Assembly (NCBI GenBank): GCA_013265495.1
Contig: MU058781.1
Span: 7,731,009-7,795,008 of the forward strand
Source: Vicugna vicugna
Taxonomy: Eukaryota
DNA: 64,000 nt
Direction of reading: 5' to 3'
The position numbers and the translations under genes were made by a program. The notes beneath the pieces were generated by a model. That model worked only from the letters and a program-made list of their open reading frames with translations, did no database searches and was not told where the DNA came from. Of the stretch, positions 13,772 to 27,088 are shown piece by piece; positions within the stretch are counted from its first letter, which is position 1; each line of letters begins with the position of its first letter.

Positions 13772-15109
13772 TCGGGTGGGGGTCGGGGGTTCAAAACTTT
13801 ATTCTGGCTTCTCTAGGAAATCACATTAAAACATATTTCATTGTTTTGAGTCTTTGTAATGATGCTTTTTTTTTCTTTGTCATGTTTTTGACATGTCAGC
13901 CATCCTGTAATGAGATTTCCAGCCAGAAATAGTATTTTTCAGTAGAAATAGTTTGTGGCTTGCTCTTGACCCCATTTCATGTCTTCTTGAGTATTGGTAA
14001 AATCCTTTTCTGAATTTGAGCCTGGGACATATTCATGCTCACGCTTCCTAGTAAAAGTTCCAGAATCTAGTCAGCACTGAACTCATGTTATTCTGCTTAA
14101 TTGTCTGGAGTTAATTCTATCTGCAATTTTTCACACTCTGAACCTACTGAATATACACAAAAAAGCAAAAGTGCCAAATCTCCACTCTCAACACTCATTT
14201 TTCTGTATTCTAATCAATGTAGTCTTACTTCTTAGAATTGTATGTCTTGGGACACAGTATGCTACAACTAATCCTGTCTCACATTCACCCCAGTTGCAAC
14301 CCCTTTTTGAGTTGTTCTCTGGGAGTTTCAGTTTCCAAGTGGATACACAGGAGGAGGTGACAGTGGGGGAGGGGAGCACGTGTGGGTGCTCTAAGCAGGT
14401 GCAGAACTCACTAAGGAAACAACCTGCTTTCAGTCGGTACAAACCTAGAGCCTCTGAATCAGCGTCCTGCTTTTTCAGGCTGGCAGTTTTTCTCAGCTTC
14501 TGGAGAAAACATGAGTCCATGGCATTCTCTCTTAAGCGCCATGGTTATTTTAGTTAGTGGAATTTGCTCTCAGATTTGGTCCAAGTGGCCTGACAGTTTT
14601 TGTTTTCATTTTCGTTTTTAGTTGTTTTGTTTGTTTGTTTGTTGTTGCCTACCTCTTTGGGGGAATTTTAGGGACGAATCAGAAACACTGTGTTAAGGAG
14701 AGCTTGTCAGAAAGCTCTTTACACTGGAAGACCATTAAAGTCTATCTTTGTGGCCATTTAAAGCCCTCAACTCATTCGTTTCACATTAATCTGTCAGCAG
14801 CCACCTACGTAACATTTGACTCTGTGACCCTGCCGTATGCGTATCTTCAGTGCTAAATCTAATTAATCACTCTTTCTGAATAGGCCAGCCTCTGATCCTT
14901 TACTGGGCAGCTCACCACTGCAGAAGTCTCACAGAAGAAATACTGTGTCTAAAACCAACTCACTAAAGTCAGAGAAAAAGAGAAATCTCCTTTTGCAGTT
15001 TTTGAGTAAGCTACAACAATGTATTTTCTCTTTACTTTCTTCTCACTACTTTTATAGCCATGAAAAATATTTTAGGATTGCTGGCAGAAACATCCTGCCG
15101 TCTTAATGA

Positions 15110-15280
15110 GGCATGAAAGGACTAGCATGGAGGACTCAAAAGGACACTGAATTAGAGTTCTTGAAATTCAGGTTCTAATCCTGATTTTGTTACTAACAAG
15201 CTCTATGACCTAGGTCAAGTCACTTGACCCAGTCCCACCCAATCCCACTGGAGGGTCATTTCTTCATCTGTAAAATCAAT
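15110..15280 (+). mobile_element. MIR SINE
   Basis: ggttctaatcctgattttgttactaacaagctctatgacctaggtcaagtcactt...tcttcatctgtaaaat. Confidence 0.75.
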
Positions 15281-16369
15281 GTCTTTTTCAACTCCTTTAT
15301 TCTGCAATGAAACAAAGATACTACACAAATTTTCACGAAGTGAAAGCCATTGACAAGATACATCAGCATGCCAAATCATGTCAAACACTTCCAAATTTCA
15401 TAGTTGATATAACCTCCAACTCTGAGATCAACCTTTTCCTTAATCTGGTAGAATTTCTCTGAGTTCAGAGGCTCAACATCGAATCAGCCTAATCTCTCTT
15501 TTCATTACGACCCTATAGTGCAGTTCTGGTTACCAGATTCTTTTCTTGAATTTTTCAGCCAATCATTTCAGCCTGAATCATTTTTCTGTTCCCAAACCCA
15601 GAGTCAGCATCGTGGGCACTCAACCTGTGTTGCCGCCTGGGGTCCCACACTTGGCATACTAATGCTCTGCAGCTTGAGTCTTGAAACTCTTCATTTTAGG
15701 CCTGAATTTGTGTTTTGTAAGTGAAGTCGTCTGAGACAACGGAACACACACGTGGACAGAGGACACGACACACCATATGCGTGTCCACCATTCCTTGCCT
15801 CCCTTTTCACCCACAGCACTCGTGATGCCCCACAGACTCAGAGTTTTGGTGGATCTATGACACATCCAAGTTCAGCTACAAGGTTAAAGGGTAACATCTG
15901 CTGCTGAGTAAGGCCGAGGTAGGCAGCACTGGCAGCCCCAAGAGACCACATCTTCTGTTCAAAGCAGAACTTGTTTCCAACAGAGGAAAAAGTCAATGGC
16001 CTTCTAAGAAACACCAACAAATAAGAAACCCTATCACGTCCTTTCTTACTTGTGTTACGTCTTGCATTAATCAAACAGTGATGCTGAAAAGTGATGACAC
16101 AGAAGGAAAGGGAAAGACAGGACAATTCACAATTCTTTTCTTTCTTTCCTCCTCTTCCCCTCCCCTCCGCCTCCCCTCCTTCCCTCTCTTCCTTATGCAA
16201 CCATTCCTTACTCATCAGTAAACCAAAGGTAGAAAGTTTTGGTAGAATATGTGCATATTGAGAAATCAAAAAGAGTTATTTTTATGCAGTGTTTCCACTG
16301 TTCTGGCGAGAACAGAATGCATACACACTATGAAATACGTCATTGTGGCAATTCTGCATACAATTAGAT

Positions 16370-16635
16370 GGCCTTATATTTGCATTTAAACTGGCATTGC
16401 ACAATTTTTGAAATGGCAAAAATTCATGCTAACAATTTAAATTTTTAATTTTTGTTCACTTAGAGAGATACTAAATAACAAATAAAAACCTTCATGATAA
16501 GTAGAGAGAGATCATGGAAGAAAAGAAAAGCATCTTAATTTTAGTACCTTTAATAGCCCTTTTTCCTGCTTACTGGACAAAAGGGCTTTGCATTTTCAGT
16601 AGGCAGTGGGCCCATCGATTATGACGCCTCCCCTG
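16370..16635. mobile_element. hAT-Tip100 (Arthur1-like) terminal fragment
   Basis: atttgcatttaaactggcattgcacaat...aaattcatgctaacaatttaaa...ttttagtacctttaa...gtgggccc...ccctg matches recalled Arthur1 end. Confidence 0.8.
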
Positions 16636-16743
16636 CCCACCTCTCCATCATGTCCCCCACCTTTTATCCTTGTTGCTGTAGGAAGACCCCTACTTGGATC
16701 TTACTAATCTCTCAGGGAACCAGAACTGTCCTTGCAGCTGGTC

Positions 16744-16757
16744 CTGCCACCTGCTGG
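16744..16757 (-). promoter_or_regulatory. Candidate CTCF site (exact core)
   Basis: ctgccacctgctgg = CCAGCAGGTGGCAG on minus strand, exact match to CCASYAGRKGGCRS. Confidence 0.55.
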
Positions 16758-17204
16758 TTGATGTCACTTACAAACTGGGCCTCTGACTCTTTCCTCTCTG
16801 ATCCTTCCAACACGACCCCCACCTCCCCAGTCATCCCGATTTCAGCTTCTGCGACTGGTATGTATCATCTTCCTACACACCGCGCCTGCTTAGTCACCAT
16901 CTCCTGGCCTTTGAATCAGCCCTCAAAGACTTAGGCTCCCGTGTTTTATGTGGTCAGGGACACACAGTGGACAAGACCCATTTATTCTTTGAAACTGGGT
17001 TTTACTTATTTTATATGTTTTGAAAGACAAAGTAACCCAAAGCGGATTCAGATATTGCTGTTTCAAGTACAACTCTGGATTCCACCTCTTCAATAGGCAG
17101 GCTGTAGCATCTCATCAAATTAGTGCTGAAACAACTGTCAAAGCGCACACCGTGCAAGCCCCTCGGGTACCGGCAAGCACACTGACACCCGGGGATGACA
17201 CACG

Positions 17205-17310
17205 ACTCACCCGCTACCACACAACTAGGTAGTAACAGAACCGGAAGTAGGCTCGAGATCTGCTGGCTCCTATTATTTCTTCCAGTGCAGGGGCTGCCTG
17301 TGATTGGGAT
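17205..17310 (-). promoter_or_regulatory. ETS/CCAAT element with adjacent strong splice donor
   Basis: ACCGGAAGT 17240-17248; ATTGG 17303-17307; minus-strand CGG|GTGAGT donor at 17211/17210; local CpG retention. Confidence 0.3.
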
Positions 17311-17458
17311 TATAAGTGTTCAACTCAGGGATCTAGGACGGGTAGAAAAACGTCACTGTCATTTCAGAGCCTCTGCTTATTGGACAACCACAACCCTCAC
17401 TACCAGACCTGGCCATGTGCTGCTTCTCTTAACATCTCCTTGGCCCTTGCCAGCGAAG

Positions 17459-17612
17459 CAATGGTCCAGGACCAGGACCTACAGCATCTGTATCACCAGG
17501 CGCTGTCAGAACGGAAGACCCTTAGGCCCCATCTCCAACCTGCAGAATGAGAATCTGCATTTTAACAGGACCCCAAGGTGACGTGAAGAAGCCTGAAAGT
17601 TTGAGAAGCATC
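17459..17612. mobile_element. MER5-type hAT-Charlie MITE
   Basis: cagcatctgtatcacc...aggccccatctccaacctgcagaatgagaatctgcattttaacaggacccc...aagtttgagaagca. Confidence 0.85.
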
Positions 17613-19588
17613 AACCTCGATTTAAAATGTTTTTTTAAATGGAAGGGAAAAGAGAAAAAGAGAAAGACAAAGAAAGAAAGGAGAGGGAAAGAAACGTGCC
17701 ACTAAAATGTTCTCACTCTCTTCATGTTTAATATGAAGCCGGAGTCTTAGTTCTATTGTTGCCTTTACTCACGCTCCTTCTTCTTTTTCTTCCAAGGCTT
17801 TTTGTAGCTGTTCCTGTTATTATACTGAAGAGCTACATGAGACAGAAAGCTTGGCAGCCTTCCCACAATCCTCAGCATGTGGGAATAGCAAGTAACAAAG
17901 TGTTAGCCCCTGCCAACTGGTGGTTCCGTGTAAATGTCTCTGTTAACAACCAACACTGCTGCTAGCAGCCATCGGAGCAAAGCGGCAAATCTGTTCCTCT
18001 CTCCGGTGTGGAAAACACCACCGAAAAAGTCACCTAATTACTTGATTAAGATGTCTCAATCCTGGAGACTGTCGATCTAGAACACCGAGTCTCTCTGCCT
18101 TTTAGTTCATTCTTGATGAAAAAGAATAATTTTCAACCTGACTCTTACATGTTGTCTCCAAGTACTATGTGCCATGCAGAGAATAATAGTGGAGCCTTTT
18201 TTTTTATGGGGAGAAGAAAAAGAGAGTTTGGGACCAAAGCCTGTCTGCTGCTTCAAGACAGCCCTTCAGTAAGTCCCAGTGGCAAAAATGAGAAGAGATC
18301 CTGGAAAGATCAGGGTTCCGTAAATCACTGATAACATCTGGGAAAATGATTAATCTTGTAAGCATCCTAATTCCAATCTGAAAACACAGAATTTTCTCCC
18401 AAACTTAAGATACAAAGACCCCATCTCATCTCCATCCTGTTTAAATGCACTGTTAAGGAGAATTCTAACTGGGCAGTCTCACACTCAAATTTCTTTCAAT
18501 TTCTACCTCCCTACAAGATGCAGTTTATCTGATTCAGTCATTACCAGCCTGGGGCAAGAGTAGATGGCGTTTAGTGACAAGCTACCTCTTTTGGTCATGA
18601 TGTCACCTCATTACTTGAAGAGCAGCCGGTGGCCCATGTTCAGGGATCACCAACACCTTGAGTTGAACAATAATGAAAAATTTCTTCCAAAACATTGAGT
18701 TTTCTTTGAACGCTAAGGCGAGAGGAAAGATGAACAGGATAACATCCCAAGAAGTCATTTCATGGCTGGTTATTTTAAAGACACACATTCTATTTTTAGC
18801 TGAAATTAATGGGTCCCACTTTCCTCCCAGAAGCACCTTCTTGGATTTCAGAAGGATGGAAATATGCTTTTATTATCAACTTTTCTGTTGATATTCAAGA
18901 ATCGTGCCATAATCATTTCCCCAGTGTCATGGTTTCTTTTTCATAGTACTGCCCAGCCATTGTCATGCATACAGAAACACAGGGATGACTACCCTGAATG
19001 ACCCAGTCTTGTTCTATTTCACAAACAGGATGAAATCAATCAGGTAGCAAGACAGTATCACCTGTGGCTTCATGTACTTCCAGAAAAGTAACCCTATCTG
19101 GCCCAGTGCTATGGCACTCCACCAAGCTCAGGTGTTAAAGAGCTGAGTTTGCATATATGGTGTTGTCATCACCTAACAACTAGGATCCAGTATGAAAAAG
19201 AGACTTTGGTGGCTCACGTTTAGCACCATAAGCACATTAATTTTTTCTGCTGCCACAAAGATAGCTTTGCAAGCTGGAATCATCCCCATTTTGCCAAAAT
19301 AATAGGTAGAATTTCCAGAGTCAGGCAGGTTCCCCTGTCCTACCTGGAAGGGACAGTACAAGGTTTACTGTGTCTTGACCAATACTGGGCAAAATCTTCT
19401 AAGACAATCTCCGTTTTAAATACTGTATCCTGTTATCATAGTCTGTGCTCTTAACTATCACAGTACCACATCCCCATCTCCACAAACACTGAAAATGTCC
19501 TAAGTATCTAACGTATATTTCCTAGTCTGCCTCTCACAATGAAAAATGACTCAACATGCTCTTTCAAACTGTGTTCTTATTTTCACTT

Positions 19589-19632
19589 CAGAAAGGTCGT
19601 CATGATAGATAGATTAGACAGAAAGGTCGTCA
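19589..19632 (+). repeat. 14-bp direct repeat flanking a 16-nt GATA-like filler
   Basis: cagaaaggtcgtca-tgatagatagattaga-cagaaaggtcgtca. Confidence 0.9.
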
Positions 19633-20269
19633 ATGGAAAGACACTTGATTGTCCTTTGAAGCAGTTCCACTGTATTAAAACACACACCCACACAAACACA
19701 CACACCATTGTGTAATGTACATCTTCCTCTTATCCTTTTCTTTGGGTACTCGATCAACATCCACGGTACCCATGATCGTTCCTAAGGATAATAGCTAATG
19801 ACAACTGGCAAGAGGAAACACTCAGATTCTTGAACATTCTCTGTTCAGTGTATAGTACACTCACCTGAAAGAACATTGGGTGGGAAATTACTGATAATTC
19901 TGCAATAAGGGAATTAGCTTCAAGATTTCCAAAGCTACTCCTAGCTGTCTCTTCAGATCAGAAGCTTTAGCCAGTCCAGGTAGCTCCTCTTGGCTAATTC
20001 TGCATCTCCTGGGTTACTACTGTCCGTGAAGTAAGAACTGACCACCTACTGGGGGCAAGCTGTCTGGGAAATTCCTAGAGTTTTTGTTTGTTTGTTTGTT
20101 TGTTTCAAATTGTATGTACTCCCTTCCCAGCAGAGGATTATGTATAGTAAAAGAAGAATATGCACAAAATGGAACACAAGGGAGAAGAAAGCCTTGGTGT
20201 GATTCACTGGGTCAATGAGCTCCTTCTCACACAGAAGCAAGGACAATGGAAGCTTTAAGTAAACGTGAC

Positions 20270-21495
20270 ACACTTGACTACTCTCTCTCTCTTTGAACTT
20301 CTTCTACCTTTCCTCTCCAGAGCTCTTAACTCTCTCGCCACATTTGTTAAGTCTCGTGTGTCAGATTCCTTTCCTCTATCCAGATATGATACCGTGTCCC
20401 AGCATCTCATCTTCTACTCTCTTCTCTTCTGTTTGCTCTTCTTGGATAATTTCATTGACTCCCGTAACTAATACCCAAACTCATGACAGCAAATATACAG
20501 GCTCAGTTCCATTCTCCTTTCTAGGCCAGACCTCCCCTTCACATACACACGCATGACATTCAGACAGTTTATTCTTACCAAGTCTAAAACCAAACTCACA
20601 ATCTCACTGTCTTTAAGCTTTCATCTCTCCATCCCTCTGTTTCTAAGCATAATTAACAGCATCTATATCGAGTCTAAAAACTGAACTAGAAACGTGGGAC
20701 CACTCTGTCTCCTCCACTACACCCTAAGCTGCATGATGGACAGAACTTCGTTCTGGTAACCCTTGTATACCCAACGCATAGCAAAGTACACTGCTACTGG
20801 TACACTGCAGGTGCTTAATAAATTTTTAATCAATAGATCAATAAATTCTTGACTAATTCTCTTCCTCTGCTCTTATTATCCATCTGGTTACCAATTTGTG
20901 TAGTTCTATGTCAGAAGCATTGCTGGAGCTCATCTTCTTTTCTCCTTTGCAAGTGTCTCTGCTTTCAACCTCTCCCATCTCCCTTAGGTCCTCAGCAGTC
21001 CATCCTCCACATAGCCATAAGGATTATCTTTCCAAAGCAAATTCTGACCATGCCACTCACCCATGGGAAAACTCCTGTTGACCTTCTACACTCTTCAGCC
21101 CAAGATTCTAGCTTCTAATCAATGGCCATTTCTCCATTATAAACCTTATGCTCTAGCCAACTGGACTTGATCCATTCTTAACCACAATGCCCATTTCCCC
21201 ATTCCCCATAGATTTTGCTCTTCTCTTTGCCTGGAATGCCCTCCAACTCAATGCCCTCAATACCATCTCTTCTGTTACATTTTCTCTGGTCCACGTGGAT
21301 TCTTCTTGTCTGTGTGCACACTGCAATTTATTCAGCATTCTCCCAAAGAATTTTTATGTTACTTTTAAGTCCATTTTGCCTGCTGCATTGTGAGTTCCTT
21401 AAAGGAAGAAACATGCCAAATTCACTTTTACTGTCCTCACTGTCCAGCAAGAGTGTAGCATAGAGTGACTATTCAATACATGTTTCCAAGTGAGT
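20270..21495 (+). mobile_element. L2 LINE 3' region, with a second L2 3' tail nested at ~20720-20845
   Basis: Pyrimidine-rich L2 motifs (tctaaaaccaaactc, catcctccacatagcc, ttgcctggaatgccctcc, tgtgagttccttaaagg...attcaatacatgtt); internal tail gcaggtgcttaataaatttt. Confidence 0.8.
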
Positions 21496-22944
21496 CCTTG
21501 TCTGGAATATTGAGAATAGAAACTCTAAGTCTGAACTGAATATGAAGTGGAAGGATGTGTTCACCAAAATTCTGGAAGACTTCAACATACCATAAAAAGC
21601 TAGTGATCAAAGCATTGTTACTATTAAAACCCAGGTCCACAATGGAACAAGGCAAAAGGCTGAGAGAAGAGACAGATAGAGAGGAGTTAAGAGTTTGCTT
21701 TTATTTCTGTGAGAATTCTTTGGACAATTCTTTTCTGACTTTGAACTATAAGCTTCCAAGAAGTCCACCTACACACGGTTCCCGGATGAGGTCAGCATGA
21801 AGCACACTCAGAGTGCTTGGTACAAGTGTTTATCTAAGCAGAAGCAAGTAACAACTGGTACAGTTTCAACACTACGGTTACATGAAAAATGATTTGGCAC
21901 AGACTTCAAACCATGTTAACATAACTGAGCACTGAGGTAGGGGTAGGGGCAAACTTTATTCTACTTTTCTGTCTGGAAATTATTTACTTTTCCTCTATTT
22001 ACAATGTATCGCAATCCTCTGAATAGGTAGCAACAGATAGGTGTATGCACTCAGAATATGTCATTAAATGCATCTATCTGTATTTCTATCAGCAAAATAA
22101 ACTGATTAGAGATAGTTTCATATCCAGCAGAAGTAAAATCAAATAGTTTTCAAACATTGAAAAGAGAGTAGTCTTGCTTGAAATAATACTACAGCATTTG
22201 AAGATATCTTTGAATTGAGCCTGTGTATACAGACAACAAAGGGTCATAGTTGTGTTTTAGCAATTTTAACTCACTTCTGTTATCTTTTACTTTTAGCCCC
22301 TCATGGTATTCTATACCTAGGATTTATCAGCTTGTATGCTTTCTTCAGAAGGACCCAATAAAGAACTCTATTATTTGGTCAGAAATTGACCTGTGAAAAG
22401 AGCATAGTAAATTTTTTCTGTTTGAATGAATGGATAACATAGAGACCCAGCATCTTTCCTTGGGGATCTAGGGCCCAAGAGTCACATGGGAGCCTCAAGA
22501 CTCACTGCTAAACCACAGAGCTTCTGCCATATTGAGATGGAAGGGGAGTCACTCAGTATTCATAGATATGGATCTCTGTCCCAGAGATAATTTCTCTCCA
22601 CTATTAGCCTTGACAGGACTTAAATGTGCATCCTTCATTTTGAGACAGATATTATTCTCTCTCAACTTGAGAAAGACATAAAACCCAACTGAGAAAGGAG
22701 CACACTGACTTCACATTATGCTAAGTAGGAGTTAGTAAATAGGATTAGAACTTTCCATAACGACTTTTTTTTTTTCGATCAGTAACATCATCAAGGAAAG
22801 TGAGGATGAGAAGAAATAAACCTAGAAAGGATGGGGAAATTCCAACTGGAAGGGGGACAGTGCCATGAAAGAAGACTTAAACAAATGAAAATAAACGTTC
22901 ATCTATTTAAACCACTTTCTCATGACTGATGTAAATGATAAAAA

Positions 22945-23195
22945 ATAATAATAGTGGTAACAATAATAATTGAGTATTATCATATGTCAGATACTATGCT
23001 AACCATTTTTCATAGTGTTATCTGATTTAACCCTCTAAAAGAATCCTGGGAGGCAGGTAAGATTATACTCATTTCACAAATAAATGAAGGTTCCAGATGT
23101 TAATTAACTTGCCCAGAGTCATGTAGTTTAAGCAGTGGCACCACTGGGATTGAAACTCAGGTCTATCTGCCTCCAAATCCCGTGCTCTCTAAGCA
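22945..23195 (-). mobile_element. MIR SINE, near full length
   Basis: ttgagtattatcatatgtcagatactatgctaa...gaggcaggtaagattatactcatttcacaaat...aacttgcccagagtc...gggattgaaactcaggtctatctgcctccaaa. Confidence 0.88.
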
Positions 23196-23654
23196 ATCCT
23201 ACGTTTGTGTAGTGTTCTCTACATGGGAAGCTTTTAGATGTGGCCTCTTCTACTCCAATTCCCACTTTAAAGGCTAACAAAATGTAATGACAATTGTGGC
23301 AAGACTGGACACAAGACAGAAACGAGTTTGGTCTTAAAGATACTATAGAAAATCACTTTTTTTTTTTTGCGTATCTGAATGTTGATACCTAGGAATTACC
23401 CTACCAGCTTGTGGTCATCATGGGGCGCTTGATCTGAATCCAATGGATAGGGCAAATTGGAAATTTGGTTTGTGATCTGCTGGGACTCCACTGGCTGGTT
23501 GACTTCAGCAAAGGAAATCAGTGATGCTATGAGTTGAATGTGGCTTGGAGGTGCTGACCAAGCACATTCCCTCAGCTGCAGAAATTGTCCAATTAGATTT
23601 GCATTTAACATTATCAACCACACTAGACTGCCATTAATGAAGACACTGGACATT

Positions 23655-23688
23655 CATCATCATCATCATCATCATTATTATTATAATA
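23655..23688. repeat. Compound (CAT)n(TAT)n microsatellite
   Basis: catcatcatcatcatcatcattattattataata. Confidence 0.9.
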
Positions 23689-23721
23689 CATTAGTACTAT
23701 TAATGAAGTGCAAGCTAGACA

Positions 23722-24035
23722 CTTCTTCACTCAGAAAACAGTTACTGAGCTCTACCATCGGCCAGCCCCAGTCACAGGTGCTGCAGATTCAGCCGCAACC
23801 ATGAAGCAAGGTCACTGCTTTGGCAGGGCTTGTGATCTGAGAGGAGAGGGACATTGAAAAACAAGCAATAACACAGAAAATATCAGAGAATTAAAATGAG
23901 GTGATTTGAGGAGTTAGAGGCAGGTGGATACTTTCAGCTGCACCAAAGCCAGCTTCTCTAATAAGATGCTGTTTAAGCTGAAGTCTCTAGGACAGAAGAA
24001 GGGAGCCAGGATAAGAGCAAGGGGAAAGGCTTTAT
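23722..24035 (-). mobile_element. L2 3' fragment
   Basis: ttcactcagaaaacagttactgagctctacc...aggtgctgcagattcagc...ggagagggacattgaaaaacaagcaa. Confidence 0.75.
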
Positions 24036-25431
24036 GATACGTGTTGTTATGTTTTCAGATGCTTCTGGAGCACTTGGTTGATGATCCTGGGAAGCGAATC
24101 TCCTGTTACCCCATTATCTCCAGTCAGAACTAGTCCCAAATCAAATACATTTCTCAGGCGATTCATATATACATCAAAGTTTGAGTACAGCGCTTAAAGA
24201 CATGAGGAATCTCTTTGCTGTCTTGTAACTGACTGGTACCTTGACTTGCCATTTGACTTATATTTTTACTACAAAGATTATTAAACATCCAAAAGAATTT
24301 TTTTAAAAAAAATCACAAAATCCCCAGGATATTCATCAAATTTAATAATAAGGCAATAAACACCCAATCCAATCTGTCTGTAAGAAAGACAGAACAGGTA
24401 GGAGACAACTCCTTCACATGTCCCAGGGAATAAAGCTGCCCATCAAATGACCTAGAAATTCTTAAGTTGCTTCTTTTATTCTCCCAAGACCACTGATTAT
24501 TAATTGCACATTCATGAGTTTTGAAGAAAGAAACACTATTAATTTGGCTTTGTGGGGATTTTATAAAAGTGTGAGAGTCAGAGAGACTGATGAAAGGAAA
24601 AGATTAATACCCGTGTAGTGCCGAGAGGGAGACTAATGCGATTACTTCCTCATGGAGCTGTAGCTCTCAAACTGCTGATTCTAATTTTAACAAAACAAAG
24701 CCAATTTGAAGCCCGGGCATTGACTTTCTGCCCAAGAATATTTGAAAATTCTTTTTACTGGAATTAGAAACTTTATTCCAGTAATGAGGAGAGCTTTCCC
24801 TATGCAGAATTAGGTAATTATCATACTTGGGAGCAAATTAGCTTAAGCCACAATGAATAATCCATATGAGCACAGAGACTAAAGTGTTACTACAGTACGT
24901 TTTATTTAGTATGGAAGTACTAATCAACCAGAAGTGTAAAAACATAAGGAATCCATCTGTTACTGCCATTTCTCCCTATTAATAACATCACAGTAATGAC
25001 GGGGTTCTGTGGTATTTACTATGCTTTCCTAATTTGGATTCAGTGTGTCTGCATTACTTTGGCTTTTGATTTTGTCTTTTGTTTCTGCCTTTCTGAACAC
25101 CAATACATACCTAACTACAACGACCTAATAATGAAAATGCATTATTCAATTAATTTTTGTACCCCCAGTAACCCTCATTTGGGTTTCCTTTTAAATACAG
25201 CAGGAATCACCTCTCCGCTTCACTCAAATAAGGGTTTCATTTTGAATTGAAGATACATCTTACAATGCCTTTCAGCACTTCCTAAGAGAAGTCACCTGTC
25301 AATCTTCAATACAGTCAGAAGGATTCCAAGAGAAAAATGGAGAAACATGAAAACAGAATCACCCCTATAGGACTAAGAGAATAGATAAAAGACCCATTTG
25401 AATGAATAATAGAATAGGCATTTGAAAAAAT

Positions 25432-25720
25432 TCCGGTTGTCAACCGCTGTATAACAACCACCCTGAAACTTCAGTGTGTTACTATCTCTCATGTTTCTGT
25501 GAGTTAACTGGGCATAAATGAATGACCCTTGCATGGGTCTCTTAGGTAGCAGCAGTCAGACCCATTTGGCTTGGATGACCAAGATGGCTCAATCCCATGG
25601 CTAGGAATTAATGCTGGCTGTTGGCTGGAAGCACATGTAGGATTTCTCCATGTGAATTGGTCTGTAACATCATGGCAGCTAGGTTCCAAAAGCAAGTGCT
25701 CCGAACACTGGAGAGTGTTC
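25432..25720 (-). mobile_element. MaLR LTR (MLT1H/I-like), left piece
   Basis: gctgtataacaaccaccctgaaacttcagtg...ccaagatggctc...tgctggctgttggctgg...catggcagctaggttccaaaagcaagtg. Confidence 0.75.
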
Positions 25721-26852
25721 AACTATCACTACAATCTAATTTTAGAACATTTCTGTCATCCCCAAGGAAACTGCCCAGTAGCAGTTACTCTCCACTCCAG
25801 CCCTGTGCAACCACTCATCTATTTTTGTGTATAGACTTTTCCTCTTCTGGCCATATCAATGGAATCATCTAGTATGTGATTTCTGTGACTGGCTTCTTTA
25901 ACTTAGCATAATGATTTCAAGATTCATCCATGTTGTATCTTGTATTAGTACTTCATTTCCTTTTTATTGCTGACTAATGTTACTTTTATGCATGTACACA
26001 TTTTATTCATCTATTCATCAACTGATGGCCATTTGGTTTGCTTCTACTTTTGAGTCATGGTAAATAATGTTTCTATGAATGCTCAAGTTGAAGATTTTGT
26101 GTAGATATATGTTTGCATTTCTCATGGTTTTATATCTAGGCGTGGAATTGCTGCATCATTTGGGAACTCTAATGTGAACAATTTGTGAAGCTCATAAGCA
26201 TTTTCCAAAGTCTCTGTATCATTTTACATTCCCACTACCAACGTATGTGGGTTCCTATTTCTCCTCATCCTCATTAACACTTGTTATTGTCTGTCTTTTT
26301 AATTATACCCATCTTAGTGGATGTATAGTATCTCACCACAGTCTTGTGTCTCATTTCCCTAATGACTTATGATGTTGAGCATCTTTTCAGGTACACCTTC
26401 ATTGGGAAAATGTCTACTCAAACTCCTTACTCCTTTTTTCAGTTGGGTAATTTATACTTCTTATTATTGAGTCATACATGTTCTTTATATATTATGGACA
26501 CAAGTTCTTTATTAGATATATAATTTGTGAATATTTTCCCCATTCTGTGGGTTGACTTTTCACTTTCTTGACTATGTCCTTTGAATATCAAGTTTTTAAT
26601 TTTGATGAAGTACAATCTGTCTAGGATGTCTTTTACCACTTGTACTTTCAAAGTTGCACCTAAGAAATTAATGCCTAGCCAACATTCATGAAGATTTATT
26701 CCTAGTTTTCTATGAGTTTTATACTTCTAACACTTACATTTAGGTCTGTTATCCATTTTGAGTTAATTTTTGTGTATGGTGTGAAGAGGGGTCCAATTTC
26801 ATCCTTTTGTACAGATATTCAGTTGTCCCAGGATCATTTGTTGGAAAGACTG
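25721..26852 (-). mobile_element. L1MB-like fragment
   Basis: atcactacaatctaattttagaacatttc...ggcttctttaacttagcataatg...ggaattgctg...atccattttgagttaatttttgtgtatggtgtga...catttgttggaaagact. Confidence 0.9.
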
Positions 26853-27088
26853 AGCCCTCTTTTAAAGAACTCACCTGGTAAGGCTGATCAAACCAGGATA
26901 ACCTCCCTTTGATGAATTCAAAGCCAACTTGTTAGGAACCTCGATTACATCTGCAAATCTATTCACCTTTTCCACATAGGCTACATCTTCACAGTCACAG
27001 GTCCCACCCATAATCAAGAGGAGGGTATAGGGCATGCACTCGAAGGGGTGGGAATTTTGAAGGACATCTGAGAATTCCACTTGCCACA
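26853..27088 (-). mobile_element. MaLR LTR (MLT1E-like) fragment
   Basis: caggataacctccctttgatgaattcaaagccaact...attacatctgcaaa...cacaggtcccaccca...gaattccacttgccaca. Confidence 0.85.

Noticed and set aside
23538..23804. ORF with a poly-His/Tyr run
   Set aside because: Produced by the (CAT)n(TAT)n microsatellite and runs into an L2; no homology recognised
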